Positions 38,631 to 47,555 of a stretch of DNA of 64,000 bases are shown here, piece by piece. How positions within the stretch are numbered: the first letter of the stretch is position 1; each line of letters starts with the position of its first letter. The notes under the pieces are model-generated. The model was not told where the DNA came from and did not search any database. It saw nothing but the letters and a program-made list of their open reading frames with translations. The position numbers and the translations under genes were made by a program. Origin of the DNA: Minisyncoccota bacterium (GTDB lineage: Bacteria; Patescibacteriota; Minisyncoccia; Phycocordibacterales; JBAYLF01); assembly GCA_041664205.1 (NCBI GenBank), contig JBAYLF010000002.1:29690-93689 (forward strand), written 5' to 3'.

Positions 38631-39265
38631 GTTGTGTCTATTATATCAAATAATTGGATATCGTATATAAAAAAATAAACACGGGGTTTAATCCGTGTTT
38701 TTTGTTTTTGCTGGCGGAGCAGATTGATTACTCAATTGCTCCGCCAGCTTTCATTTTTCTACTAATCTGTTTCTTAGTATATGTGAACACCCCAAACTGA
38801 ATTAACGGGCACATATTTTTTAAGAAATCAGAAAGAATCGTCATTGGTACCTTTGCTTTACGAGCCCATGTTCGTCATCTTTCGATAACATTCCAGAAAA
38901 ATTGGTTAGACCTTTCCAGTATTGGGTTCTGCGTGAATGTTCCTTTCTAAGACCGTTCAGGCCTTATTCTGTGTTGCGAGTCTCTCAATTATTGTGTTTC
39001 CGGCGATTGTATTGGCGTTGGTATTGTCTAGCCCTGTAGCTCCTCCAGTTTCCCCCATGATGGGTTCGCTTTCGCATTCTGGCGCTTACGCGGGTTCTGT
39101 TAGGAAAAATCACTCCTTCTTATTGGGTCTGCTGACCCTGTTGTGTTTCGCGAAGAACAAAATTACTCTTACATAGTAGCAGATTAATTATTTTTGTCAA
39201 GCGTTTTTATGGCAAACTTCATTTTAAATGTTAAATATCATAAAATATCCTTATTTTTAGGTATA

Positions 39266-39306
39266 AATAAAAAAAACAACGCATCTTATTAAAATGATGC
39301 GTTGTT
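39266..39306 (-). terminator. Rho-independent terminator
   Basis: Hairpin aacaacgcatc-ttattaaaat-gatgcgttgtt, with a minus-strand T-run. Confidence 0.55.
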
Positions 39307-39321
39307 GAATGGTGTAGTCAC

Positions 39322-39615
39322 CTACTTTTTAGTAGTATGTTCATTTTTTGAATGATGTTCTGAAGCGATATCCAGAGCTTTGAATATCGCTACAAAAACA
39401 ACCATAATGATTCCCATACTAGTCAGAAAAGGCACTACAGAAGGTCTTTGAGAAAATAATTCAAAGAAATAAATTATTCCATCTGCTATAAAAATTACAG
39501 CTATCTGCAATAGAGCTTCTCCGTATTTTTTATGTGTAATACAGCGAGTAACCGCGAACCATACATAAAAAATTATAGCAACGGGAAACCATGTTAAGAA
39601 TGTGTAAGAAGTCAT
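39322..39615 (-). CDS. Hypothetical small membrane protein
   Basis: 97 aa, 3 TM helices. Confidence 0.4.
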   Translation of the reverse strand: MTSYTFLTWFPVAIIFYVWFAVTRCITHKKYGEALLQIAVIFIADGIIYFFELFSQRPSVVPFLTSMGIIMVVFVAIFKALDIASEHHSKNEHTTKK

Positions 39616-39623
39616 AATTCAGT

Positions 39624-39875
39624 TTATTTTTTAGTTATTGAATATGCTTCAGTGTTGCTATTTATGAAGCGAACTTTTACTTGAAGTTCGTTTATTATTA
39701 CACTGTTATGTAATGTTAAAATAGTAACAAACGCAAAAAACATAAAAATCCCAATTAAAAGATGATATAACTCGGGACTCAAACTACGACCACTAAAAGA
39801 TTCTAATTCTTCTACAAGAAAAGAATGTGTTAATACTAACATTATCAAACAAGCTATTATCATTAAATATTCCAT
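39624..39875 (-). CDS. Hypothetical small membrane protein
   Basis: 83 aa, 2 TM helices. Confidence 0.4.
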   Translation of the reverse strand: MEYLMIIACLIMLVLTHSFLVEELESFSGRSLSPELYHLLIGIFMFFAFVTILTLHNSVIINELQVKVRFINSNTEAYSITKK

Positions 39876-39930
39876 AATTCATTTTCCTTTCATTTTTTTA
39901 AGAACTCAATTACTTTAGTAAAATATCAGA

Positions 39931-40950
39931 TTATTTAGATTTGTCAATAAAATTTTCTATTATCTTTTCCACTTCATCAGCATTTTCTGCTTCCATAAGT
40001 TGCATTCTTAATTCTTTAGCGCCGTCAAAGCCATTAACATAAGCTTTGAAATGCTTTTTCATTACTGCAAAATTTTTATGAGAAACAAGTTTTTCAAAAA
40101 GTTTTGTATGCTCAACTAACACTTTTAATTTTTCTGAAGTTTCAACCGAAGCATCTTCAACTTCTTGTACGTTTTTAAATTTTTCTAAATTAGCAAAAAG
40201 CCAAGGGTTTCCAAAAATCCCCCGCCCTATCATGACGCCGTCGCAGCCAGTTTCCCTCACCCTCTGAAACGCTTCACTTAAATTATTTACATCGCCATTT
40301 CCCAATATCAAAGTTTTGCTTTTTCTTTCGTCACGGATCTCAACCGCTCTTTTTACAAAATCCCAATTCGCTGGAACTTTCGACATTTCTTTTCTTGTGC
40401 GTGCATGAACTATTATCGCAACAGGTTCTGTTTCAAGAATTTCAGGAAGCCATGACTCAAGTTCATTTTTATTAAATCCGATGCGAGTTTTTACAGAAAC
40501 AGGAACATTGCCAGCACCTCTCTTAGCTGCATAAATTATTTCTTTCGCCAGCTTTGGATTTTTCATCAAGGCTGCTCCAGCTTTTTGCTTTTCAATACTT
40601 TTATCGGGACAGCCCATGTTTATATCAATTCCATCAAAACCCATCTCTGCTGCGAGGCGCGCAGCTTCTTCTATAGTTTCTGGATTAGAAGTAAAAAATT
40701 GCACGACAATAGGTCGTTCGGATTCATCGAACTTTAGATCTTTTATAAGTTGCTCTTTACCACCAACCCCACTCCGCGAAGCGCTTCGCGGTGCAAAGCA
40801 AAGTCCGTCAGCTGAAACAAATTCAGTCCACAAAACATCGGGCTTGCCATATTTGGCAATAATTTTTCTGAAAGCGACGTCTGTAACATCCGCCATTGGT
40901 GCCAAAGCGATTATTGGTTTTTTTATTTTTTCCCAAAAAGACATTAACAA
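39931..40950 (-). CDS. dusB: tRNA-dihydrouridine synthase
   Basis: 339 aa with the Dus signature (ALAPMADVTDVAFR, FMN/TIM-barrel motifs, catalytic Cys region NMGCP). Confidence 0.8.
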   Translation of the reverse strand: MLMSFWEKIKKPIIALAPMADVTDVAFRKIIAKYGKPDVLWTEFVSADGLCFAPRSASRSGVGGKEQLIKDLKFDESERPIVVQFFTSNPETIEEAARLAAEMGFDGIDINMGCPDKSIEKQKAGAALMKNPKLAKEIIYAAKRGAGNVPVSVKTRIGFNKNELESWLPEILETEPVAIIVHARTRKEMSKVPANWDFVKRAVEIRDERKSKTLILGNGDVNNLSEAFQRVRETGCDGVMIGRGIFGNPWLFANLEKFKNVQEVEDASVETSEKLKVLVEHTKLFEKLVSHKNFAVMKKHFKAYVNGFDGAKELRMQLMEAENADEVEKIIENFIDKSK

Positions 40951-40975
40951 AACATTAACATATTTTTCATATACG

Positions 40976-41370
40976 TGTCATTCCCGCCTGCCCGCCATGC
41001 AAGGCAAAGCGTTGCAGGCAGGCGAAGGCGGGAATCCAGTATAATCCTCACATGAACAAAAATTATTATGTTTATATATTAGCAAGTAAAAAGAATGGGA
41101 CTTTATATATAGGGGTTACAAATGATTTAGTACGCAGAATTTACGAACATAAAAACGGTTTAATTGAAGGATTTACTAAAAAATACAATATAAAAAATCT
41201 GGTTTATTATGAAGAAACCAATGATATAAACAGTGCCTTAAGTAGAGAAAAAAGTTTAAAAAAATGGAACAGAGAATGGAAACTAAAACTTATTGAGTTA
41301 AATAATCCGGAGTGGAATGATTTGAGTTTAGATTTATAAAACTGGATTCCCGCCTGCGCGGGAATGACAG
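40976..41370. mobile_element. Candidate full-length element: GIY-YIG nuclease gene bracketed by the same GC-rich palindromic termini as the 74-bp miniature repeats
   Basis: Left end tgtcattcccgcc...gaaggcgggaatccag (40976-41039, expanded/degenerate). The GIY-YIG ORF is at 41052-41339. Right end ctggattcccgcctgcgcgggaatgacag (41342-41370), 2 bp after the stop codon. Confidence 0.55.
41052..41339 (+). CDS. GIY-YIG nuclease family protein
   Basis: 95 aa, YYVYILASKKNGTLYIGVTNDLVRRIYEHKNG (GIY-YIG core, YhbQ-like). Confidence 0.8.
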   Translation: MNKNYYVYILASKKNGTLYIGVTNDLVRRIYEHKNGLIEGFTKKYNIKNLVYYEETNDINSALSREKSLKKWNREWKLKLIELNNPEWNDLSLDL

Positions 41371-41382
41371 CACTTTATCGTT

Positions 41383-43908
41383 TTAACTCCTTATCTCTAT
41401 CATAAATCCATCATCTATATCTGGATGGACGAATTTGAATTGTATTATTGAGCCAGCTTTTATCTGTCCGCTGATTATTTTTTCTGCTATTGGTTCTTCT
41501 ATCTTGTCCTGTAAGACTCGGTTCATTGGTCTGGCGCCAAACTTTGGATCAGTTCCTGAAGAAATAAGAATGTTCAAAAGAACATCGTTCACATTGAGAG
41601 TCACACCTTTTTCTTGAAGTCTCTTCGCAAATTTATCAGCCATCAATTTTGCAATCATTTGAAGATTTTCTTGATTTAAAGGATGGAAAAGAATAACCCC
41701 ATCAAAACGGTTTAGAAGTTCTGGTTTGTAAATTCTTTGATTTATCAATGCATCTATAATTTCATCTTTATGAGAAGCTAGATCAAGATGTTTCTCTTCC
41801 ATTCCCCATATCAGATCACTTCCAGCATTTGATGTTGCAATAATTATCATATTTCTCAAATTAACTTTCTTACCACCCATATCTGAGAAAAATCCTTCAT
41901 CTAAAATCTGCAAAAATAAATCTATAACTTCTTTCGATGCTTTTTCAAATTCATCCAAAAGAAGAACGCCGTAACTTTTATCGCGCAAGAATGATGAAAG
42001 AACTCCGCTTTTACTTTGTGCGAATGATCCTATGAGGCGTTCGAGTGCATCGTCGCCACTATACTCTGACATATCTATACGAATAATATTGGATTCGCCT
42101 TTGAAAAATATTTCTGCGAGTGCTTTTGTTGTTTCTGTTTTTCCAACTCCTGTTGGTCCGAGAAATAGAAATGAACCTAGTGGACGCTTTACATTTCGTA
42201 TACCGGCTCTAGCACGACGCAATGCCTGACTTATTGCCACTATCGCTTCATCCTGACCGACAACTCTTCCGTGAAGCAAATTTTCAAGATTTAATAATTT
42301 ATCTTTTTCTTCCCCAAGAATTTCCCCTTGAGGCATTCCGGTTTTTTCTTCTATGATTTTGAGTATGTCATTTTTTTCTATCAAAATTCTTTTTCCGCTT
42401 CTAACCCTAGATACTACTTCTATTAAAATATCTTTTGCTTTATCTTCGACAACTTCAAAATTAAGATAGTTCGATACATTATTTGCAATCTCAGCAATTG
42501 ATTGGAATGTAAATAAGACTCCTTGTTCAGATTCTAGCTTAGACGCTTCGTCTTCTATTATTTTCAAAAGACTTTTTTCATCTCTTTCTAATACACTGAT
42601 CTTTTCAAAATATTGCATAAGCTCAGTATCAGTTTCTACAACTGAATGAAATCTATCGCGACCAGAAAGTGCGATGACTTGAATTCCAGAAGAAATTAAA
42701 AATGGTCTTAACATTTCTGAAATGTTTGAACCGAGATTATGAGCATTCTCCACTAAAGATGGAAAATCATCTATTGCTAAAATAATGTTACCAGACGAGA
42801 CTGCTTCGTTGAAAATTTTTATAATTTCTTGTTCAAAATCATTTTTTTCTTTTAAGGAAGCATTGAAAATTCCTACATTTAAAATCATCACGTGCTTATG
42901 CTCCAATGCTGGCATGATCGTTCCTTCATATATTCTATGAGCTAAAAGCATAATGATCGAAAGGAGTCCTTCTTGATATTCTCCAACAAGAAGAGCATTG
43001 GCTGCGCTTGATTTCAAGAGTATCTTCTCGAGAATAGAAACTTCTTCTTTTCCATAAGAACTCTTTGAATCTACGGCGTGAAAAAGATTATCAGAGCTAA
43101 CATCATGAGCATACTTTTCAAGCGAAAATGCTCTACCATAAGCCCAATCCTTTCCAATACTTGGAATTCTTCCTAAAGAATCTCTACCCCACCAGCGACT
43201 TTTTTCCTTGGCTAAAGTTTTGTATCTAGAAATCCATTCTGTTGCGCCTAGAAAATCGCTCTTTTGAATGCCTAACTTTAGTAAAAAATTTGAAAACTCA
43301 CCATCGTGGCTATAAATTGTTTCCGCAAAATCAATTATAGAAACGGGATGACGTTCTTCTATGATCTCACTTTGTTCTATTGAAAAAGAGAACTTAGACA
43401 ATACGATCTTTCTTGCATCAAAAAATTCTTTGAGCTCGTTGTCAGAAATTTTCAAGCGAAACATTATTTCTCTACCATAAGAAGAAAGGATGAATTTTTT
43501 TGTTACATCATCTTCGTCTCCAACTAAAATAATTTCTGCAACATCAAATGATATATTTCTGTTATTTTTTTTCATTCTAAACTCTGGCATAACAAAGTCG
43601 ATGTCTTTGTAAATATATGAGTTATAAAAAAATTTAGGAAGAATAGCCATCATATAGATCGGAAAAGCTAGCAAGCTTACGGCTTCTATTTTTGAAAGCA
43701 GATTTTGATTTATAGAAATTAATTTAAAATAATCTCCGACTATAGCAAAAACCACAGCGAGAAGAACGAAACTCGATATTTGTCGAATTATATTTCGCGT
43801 TTTTTGAGAAAAGCGTTTTTCTAATTCAATAGCGCTGTTGTATTCTAACGCAACAGAAACTAGATCTTCATATTTTAAAACGCTTTTTTGATTTAATAAA
43901 TTTAACAT
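41383..43908 (-). CDS. AAA+ ATPase of the ClpA/ClpB/ClpC family, atypical (membrane-associated N-terminus, degenerate first AAA module)
   Basis: 841 aa. The C-terminal D2 module is intact (GPTGVGKTE, sensor/arginine finger, ClpB_D2-small-like end). The N-terminus has 2-3 hydrophobic helices. The D1-like region lacks a canonical Walker A. Confidence 0.65.
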   Translation of the reverse strand: MLNLLNQKSVLKYEDLVSVALEYNSAIELEKRFSQKTRNIIRQISSFVLLAVVFAIVGDYFKLISINQNLLSKIEAVSLLAFPIYMMAILPKFFYNSYIYKDIDFVMPEFRMKKNNRNISFDVAEIILVGDEDDVTKKFILSSYGREIMFRLKISDNELKEFFDARKIVLSKFSFSIEQSEIIEERHPVSIIDFAETIYSHDGEFSNFLLKLGIQKSDFLGATEWISRYKTLAKEKSRWWGRDSLGRIPSIGKDWAYGRAFSLEKYAHDVSSDNLFHAVDSKSSYGKEEVSILEKILLKSSAANALLVGEYQEGLLSIIMLLAHRIYEGTIMPALEHKHVMILNVGIFNASLKEKNDFEQEIIKIFNEAVSSGNIILAIDDFPSLVENAHNLGSNISEMLRPFLISSGIQVIALSGRDRFHSVVETDTELMQYFEKISVLERDEKSLLKIIEDEASKLESEQGVLFTFQSIAEIANNVSNYLNFEVVEDKAKDILIEVVSRVRSGKRILIEKNDILKIIEEKTGMPQGEILGEEKDKLLNLENLLHGRVVGQDEAIVAISQALRRARAGIRNVKRPLGSFLFLGPTGVGKTETTKALAEIFFKGESNIIRIDMSEYSGDDALERLIGSFAQSKSGVLSSFLRDKSYGVLLLDEFEKASKEVIDLFLQILDEGFFSDMGGKKVNLRNMIIIATSNAGSDLIWGMEEKHLDLASHKDEIIDALINQRIYKPELLNRFDGVILFHPLNQENLQMIAKLMADKFAKRLQEKGVTLNVNDVLLNILISSGTDPKFGARPMNRVLQDKIEEPIAEKIISGQIKAGSIIQFKFVHPDIDDGFMIEIRS

Positions 43909-44288
43909 TATGAAAAAATAATTTGTAACCCCCTAATGAACATCACTGAAAGTAAAAAAGGAAGAACTAACCATAAAATAATAGTGACAAGGCCTATCAG
44001 CACAACTACAAGTAATACCAATAATCCAAAAACGATTGTAAAAAGTCTTACAATAAAACCAACCAATCGCATTATGGTATTAGTAACAAGCGCACTAGCC
44101 CAATCTTCTATAGATCTTAGATCATATTTTTCTTTCAATCTTTCCCACGGATCAAGTAAGGTTTTAAAAAGAAGTGATATAGAAAAGAAATTGTAAAAAA
44201 ACCATAGGTAATTAGTCCAGATACGAATAATATCTCCTATAGCTGTAGAATAATGCCAAAGTAGATATCTAAGCGTTAGAGTGATCAT
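43908..44288 (-). CDS. Hypothetical membrane protein
   Basis: 126 aa, multi-TM. Its stop overlaps the start of the Clp-like gene. Confidence 0.4.
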   Translation of the reverse strand: MITLTLRYLLWHYSTAIGDIIRIWTNYLWFFYNFFSISLLFKTLLDPWERLKEKYDLRSIEDWASALVTNTIMRLVGFIVRLFTIVFGLLVLLVVVLIGLVTIILWLVLPFLLSVMFIRGLQIIFS

Positions 44289-44358
44289 GTTTTAATTATA
44301 TCCTGTTTGTCGTATATATAGAACAAAGAAATACACAGATAGTGAGTGAAAAAACGGT

Positions 44359-45180
44359 TTAATGTTTTTTATAATATATTTTATTGCCGAATCTTAGATC
44401 GACATAATCTAAATTTTTGAAGAAGTCGCCGTTTTTATTTTCAACCTTATAATCTTCCAATACTGAGTTTAAATTTTCAAGAGTATTTTCAAAAGAGGTT
44501 TTTTTATTGAATAATATTTTTCCTCCTCCTTCAACCACTGCTTCAAACTCTTGTTCTTGCTTATAAAATATATCTGTAATGTTTATCTGTTCATTTTTTA
44601 GATTAGAAACAAAATGTGATAGATCTTTAAAATCTGAACTATTTAGAAATGTTTTACCAATAATATTTTCATCTGAAATAAAACCATGATAATGCGTATA
44701 AACACTTCCAGAAATTTGGGGGGCTTCATCAAATACGAAACCCTCCTCATCTAAAAAGTAACATTTTTGATCACACCACAAAGCTACTGGTTTTCTTTCG
44801 GTTATCAAGACATTGAGTGTTTGAAAATCCTTTAATTTAAGTTCTACATTTTTTATTCTAGTAAAATTATTTAGCAATTTATTCTTTAAATCTCCTTTTG
44901 GATAAATCAAAGAATTACTTTTTGCTAAAATATGCCCATAACTTCCATTAAGAGCACTTGAAACAAAAGCTTTTAAATCGCTTGATTTTACAGACAGATT
45001 CCCTTCGAAATTAATACTCGCAATAGTAATCGATTTTAATTTTGAGATATAAGAAATACCAGAAAGCAAAGTCATTGTAGAAATGACAATTAAAACAAAC
45101 TTAAAGAAAAACTTCGCGCTACTTTTTTTACCGCTTTTTCTAGATCGCGAAGATTTTAAAAGTTTTTTACTTCCAAACAT
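44359..45180 (-). CDS. ftsQ: Cell division protein FtsQ/DivIB-like (POTRA domain)
   Basis: 273 aa. Basic N-terminus, one TM helix, then POTRA-like region (ITIASINFEGNLSVKSSDLKAFV...LNVLITERKPVALW). Confidence 0.55.
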   Translation of the reverse strand: MFGSKKLLKSSRSRKSGKKSSAKFFFKFVLIVISTMTLLSGISYISKLKSITIASINFEGNLSVKSSDLKAFVSSALNGSYGHILAKSNSLIYPKGDLKNKLLNNFTRIKNVELKLKDFQTLNVLITERKPVALWCDQKCYFLDEEGFVFDEAPQISGSVYTHYHGFISDENIIGKTFLNSSDFKDLSHFVSNLKNEQINITDIFYKQEQEFEAVVEGGGKILFNKKTSFENTLENLNSVLEDYKVENKNGDFFKNLDYVDLRFGNKIYYKKH

Positions 45181-45189
45181 AAAGGTACT

Positions 45190-45264
45190 TTGTCATTCCC
45201 GCGCAGGCGGGAATCTAGTTTCTTATTTCAACGGTCTGGATTCCCGCCTGCGCGGGAATGACAG
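45190..45264. repeat. Palindromic GC-rich repeat element, miniature copy C
   Basis: ttgtcattcccgcgcaggcgggaatctag, 17-bp spacer, ctggattcccgcctgcgcgggaatgacag. Lies 14 bp downstream of the serS stop. Confidence 0.85.
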
Positions 45265-45278
45265 AAAGATTGCCGAAT

Positions 45279-46553
45279 TTATTTTTTAGATATAACCTTT
45301 CTTCCTCCCATCCACTTTTGCAAAACTTCAGGGATTTTTATAGAACCATCTGCTTGTTGATTGTTTTCAATAATAGAAATAAGAACGCGAGGTGTAGCGA
45401 TCGCTGTATTGTTTAATGAGTGAGTAAACTTTAACTTACCGTCGCTATCTTTGTATCTGATATTAAGACGTCTTGTTTGAAAATCGTGAAAATATGAAGA
45501 CGAATGTGTTTCGCGATATTTATTTTCTGATGGCACCCAACATTCGATATCATATTTTTTGACTTGGCCCAATCCCAAATCTCCTCCGCAATTTATTACG
45601 ACGTGATAAGGAAGTCCTAATCCTTGAATTATTTTTTCTGCATTTAATGTAAGTTCTTCGTGATGCTTTACGCTTTCTTCATGACTAGCTTCACAAAGCA
45701 CGACTTGTTCAAATTTATAAAATTCATGAACTCGCATTATTCCTTTCGTATCTTTTCCATGGCTTCCTGCTTCCCTTCTTAAACATGGAGAAAAAGAAAA
45801 GAATTTTATAGGCAACTTAGATTTGTCTACAACTTCATCGGCATAATATGACATAGTTGGCACTTCGGCTGTTCCTGTTAAGAAATCACCATCCTGTGTT
45901 TTATAGAGATCTTCTTCGCCTTGTGGAAGATAACCTGAACCCATAAGAGTTTCGCGCTTAACAATAAGCGGTGTGATCATAGGAGTAAAACCGCCTTTCT
46001 TATGAAATTCCTCTAAAAGATAATTCCAGATCGCAAAAGATAACTCTGCGCCTTCATTCTTCAAAAAATATCCACGAAAACCTGAAACTCTGGCTCCTCT
46101 TTCAAAATCAACCATATCAAGCGACTCCATAAGCTCTACATGATCTTTCGGAGTAAAATCAAATTTTGGAATTTCTCCCCAAGTTCTTACTTCGACATTA
46201 CCAGAATCGTCTACTCCTTCTGGCACTGAGATATCAGGAATGTTCGGCACCTTAACCATAAGCTGTTGCCAATTCTTCATCACTTCTTTTAATTTTTCCT
46301 CTTCCACTTGAATCTCATCTTTAACCATTTTCATTTTAGCAATTATTAAATTGCGCTCAGCCGGATCACTCACTTGAACGATCTTTTGGCTAACTTCGTT
46401 CTGCTCAGTGCGTTTTTTTTCAACTACAGCAAGAATCTTTTTTCGTTCATCATCAATAGTAATTAAATCATCAACGTTGAATTCAAGATGCTTTTTCTTT
46501 GCACCTGCCTGTATTAAATCTTTGTGTTCCCTAATAAATTTTATATCTAACAT
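45279..46553 (-). CDS. serS: Seryl-tRNA synthetase
   Basis: 424 aa, class II aaRS motifs with an N-terminal coiled-coil arm. Confidence 0.9.
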   Translation of the reverse strand: MLDIKFIREHKDLIQAGAKKKHLEFNVDDLITIDDERKKILAVVEKKRTEQNEVSQKIVQVSDPAERNLIIAKMKMVKDEIQVEEEKLKEVMKNWQQLMVKVPNIPDISVPEGVDDSGNVEVRTWGEIPKFDFTPKDHVELMESLDMVDFERGARVSGFRGYFLKNEGAELSFAIWNYLLEEFHKKGGFTPMITPLIVKRETLMGSGYLPQGEEDLYKTQDGDFLTGTAEVPTMSYYADEVVDKSKLPIKFFSFSPCLRREAGSHGKDTKGIMRVHEFYKFEQVVLCEASHEESVKHHEELTLNAEKIIQGLGLPYHVVINCGGDLGLGQVKKYDIECWVPSENKYRETHSSSYFHDFQTRRLNIRYKDSDGKLKFTHSLNNTAIATPRVLISIIENNQQADGSIKIPEVLQKWMGGRKVISKK

Positions 46554-46651
46554 AGTTTTTTAAAATAAAAACGATAAAAAGCCTAAAACAATCGACTTTG
46601 ACCGATTATTTATTTATAATACCAAAAAATGTTTAATATTCCAATAATTCA

Positions 46652-47509
46652 ATGCATAAAATCAATCAATTAACGAAAGATGAATTCCCAGAACTACTGA
46701 AAGAAATTCCGGATCAGCCTAAAACCTTATATCTTCAAGGAAACTTGCCGTCTTATGAAGAAAATAAGTTTCTTTGTGTTGTTGGTTCTAGAAAATACAG
46801 CAACTATGGAAAAGAGGTCTGTGAAAAATTAATAAGCGGACTTCGCGGATATCCTATAGTAATTGTATCTGGACTTGCTTTGGGAATTGATGGTATCGCT
46901 CATAGAGCGGCGCTTGATGCAGGACTTAAGACTGTCGCTGTGCCAGGTTCAGGTCTTAATCCAAATGTTTTATATCCAAGCACTCACAGAGGTCTTGCTC
47001 AAAAAATTTTAGAAAATGATGGCGCACTTTTAACAGAGTTCGAACCGAATTTCCACGCAACAGTCTGGAGTTTTCCACAAAGAAACAGAATTATGGCAGG
47101 ACTCTCGCATGCAATACTAATTATTGAAGCTGAATTAAAATCTGGAACATTGATAACTTCGCGACTCGCAACAGATTACAACAGAGACGTCCTAACTGTT
47201 CCCGGATCTATTTTTTCAAAAAATTCTGAAGGGCCCAATATGTTAATGCGACTCGGCGCAACTCCAATAACTTCAAGCAAAGAACTTTTGGAAGCGCTTG
47301 GCTTTAATGAAGAAGCAACTGCAACCAAAAATTATAGTGACTGTTCAGAATTAGAAATAAAAGTTTTAAAACTTTTGGAAGTGCCGATATCTCGCGATGA
47401 ACTTTTAAGAACTTTGGAAATCCCTGTAAGTGAAGCGAACGCGCTTATCTCAATTTTAGAAATTAAAGGATTCATCAAAGAAAGCGCTGGAGAAATTCAT
47501 CTCGTATAA
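46652..47509 (+). CDS. dprA: DNA-processing protein DprA (Smf)
   Basis: 285 aa, Rossmann-like DprA core (VVGSRKYSNYG...VSGLALGIDGIAHRAALD). Confidence 0.8.
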   Translation: MHKINQLTKDEFPELLKEIPDQPKTLYLQGNLPSYEENKFLCVVGSRKYSNYGKEVCEKLISGLRGYPIVIVSGLALGIDGIAHRAALDAGLKTVAVPGSGLNPNVLYPSTHRGLAQKILENDGALLTEFEPNFHATVWSFPQRNRIMAGLSHAILIIEAELKSGTLITSRLATDYNRDVLTVPGSIFSKNSEGPNMLMRLGATPITSSKELLEALGFNEEATATKNYSDCSELEIKVLKLLEVPISRDELLRTLEIPVSEANALISILEIKGFIKESAGEIHLV

Positions 47510-47515
47510 GCAATA

Positions 47516-47555
47516 ATAAAAAACGCTCCCGATCATATCGAGAGCGTTTGCTATT
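47516..47555. terminator. Bidirectional rho-independent terminator between convergent dprA and the oxidoreductase gene
   Basis: Hairpin aacgctcccgatc-atat-cgagagcgtt, with T-runs on both strands. Confidence 0.6.

Noticed and set aside
38937-39176. 79-aa ORF in the GC-rich island
   Set aside because: It has no SD, a hydrophobic, Pro/Ser/Leu-biased composition and elevated GC. It is more likely a chance frame across an RNA gene or decayed pseudogene than a functional CDS.
38760-39200. tmRNA, RNase P RNA or SRP RNA upstream of dnaX
   Set aside because: I checked by eye for tmRNA hallmarks (T-arm GTTCGAATCC, acceptor pairing between the 5' and 3' ends, tag ORF ending in AA-stop), for RNase P P4 strands (GGAAAGUCCGG / ACAGAACCCGGCUUA) and for SRP domain IV (GNRA + GGAAGCAGC). 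None is present convincingly. The region is reported only as an unidentified candidate.
40616-41044. 142-aa ORF antisense to dusB, reading through the left end of the GIY-YIG element. Also ORFs 45083-45289 and 61120-61326, which read through repeat copies C and E.
   Set aside because: Their only GC-rich, codon-like portion is the palindromic repeat itself, which is open in several frames because it is a perfect inverted repeat. The remainder is antisense to real genes or intergenic.
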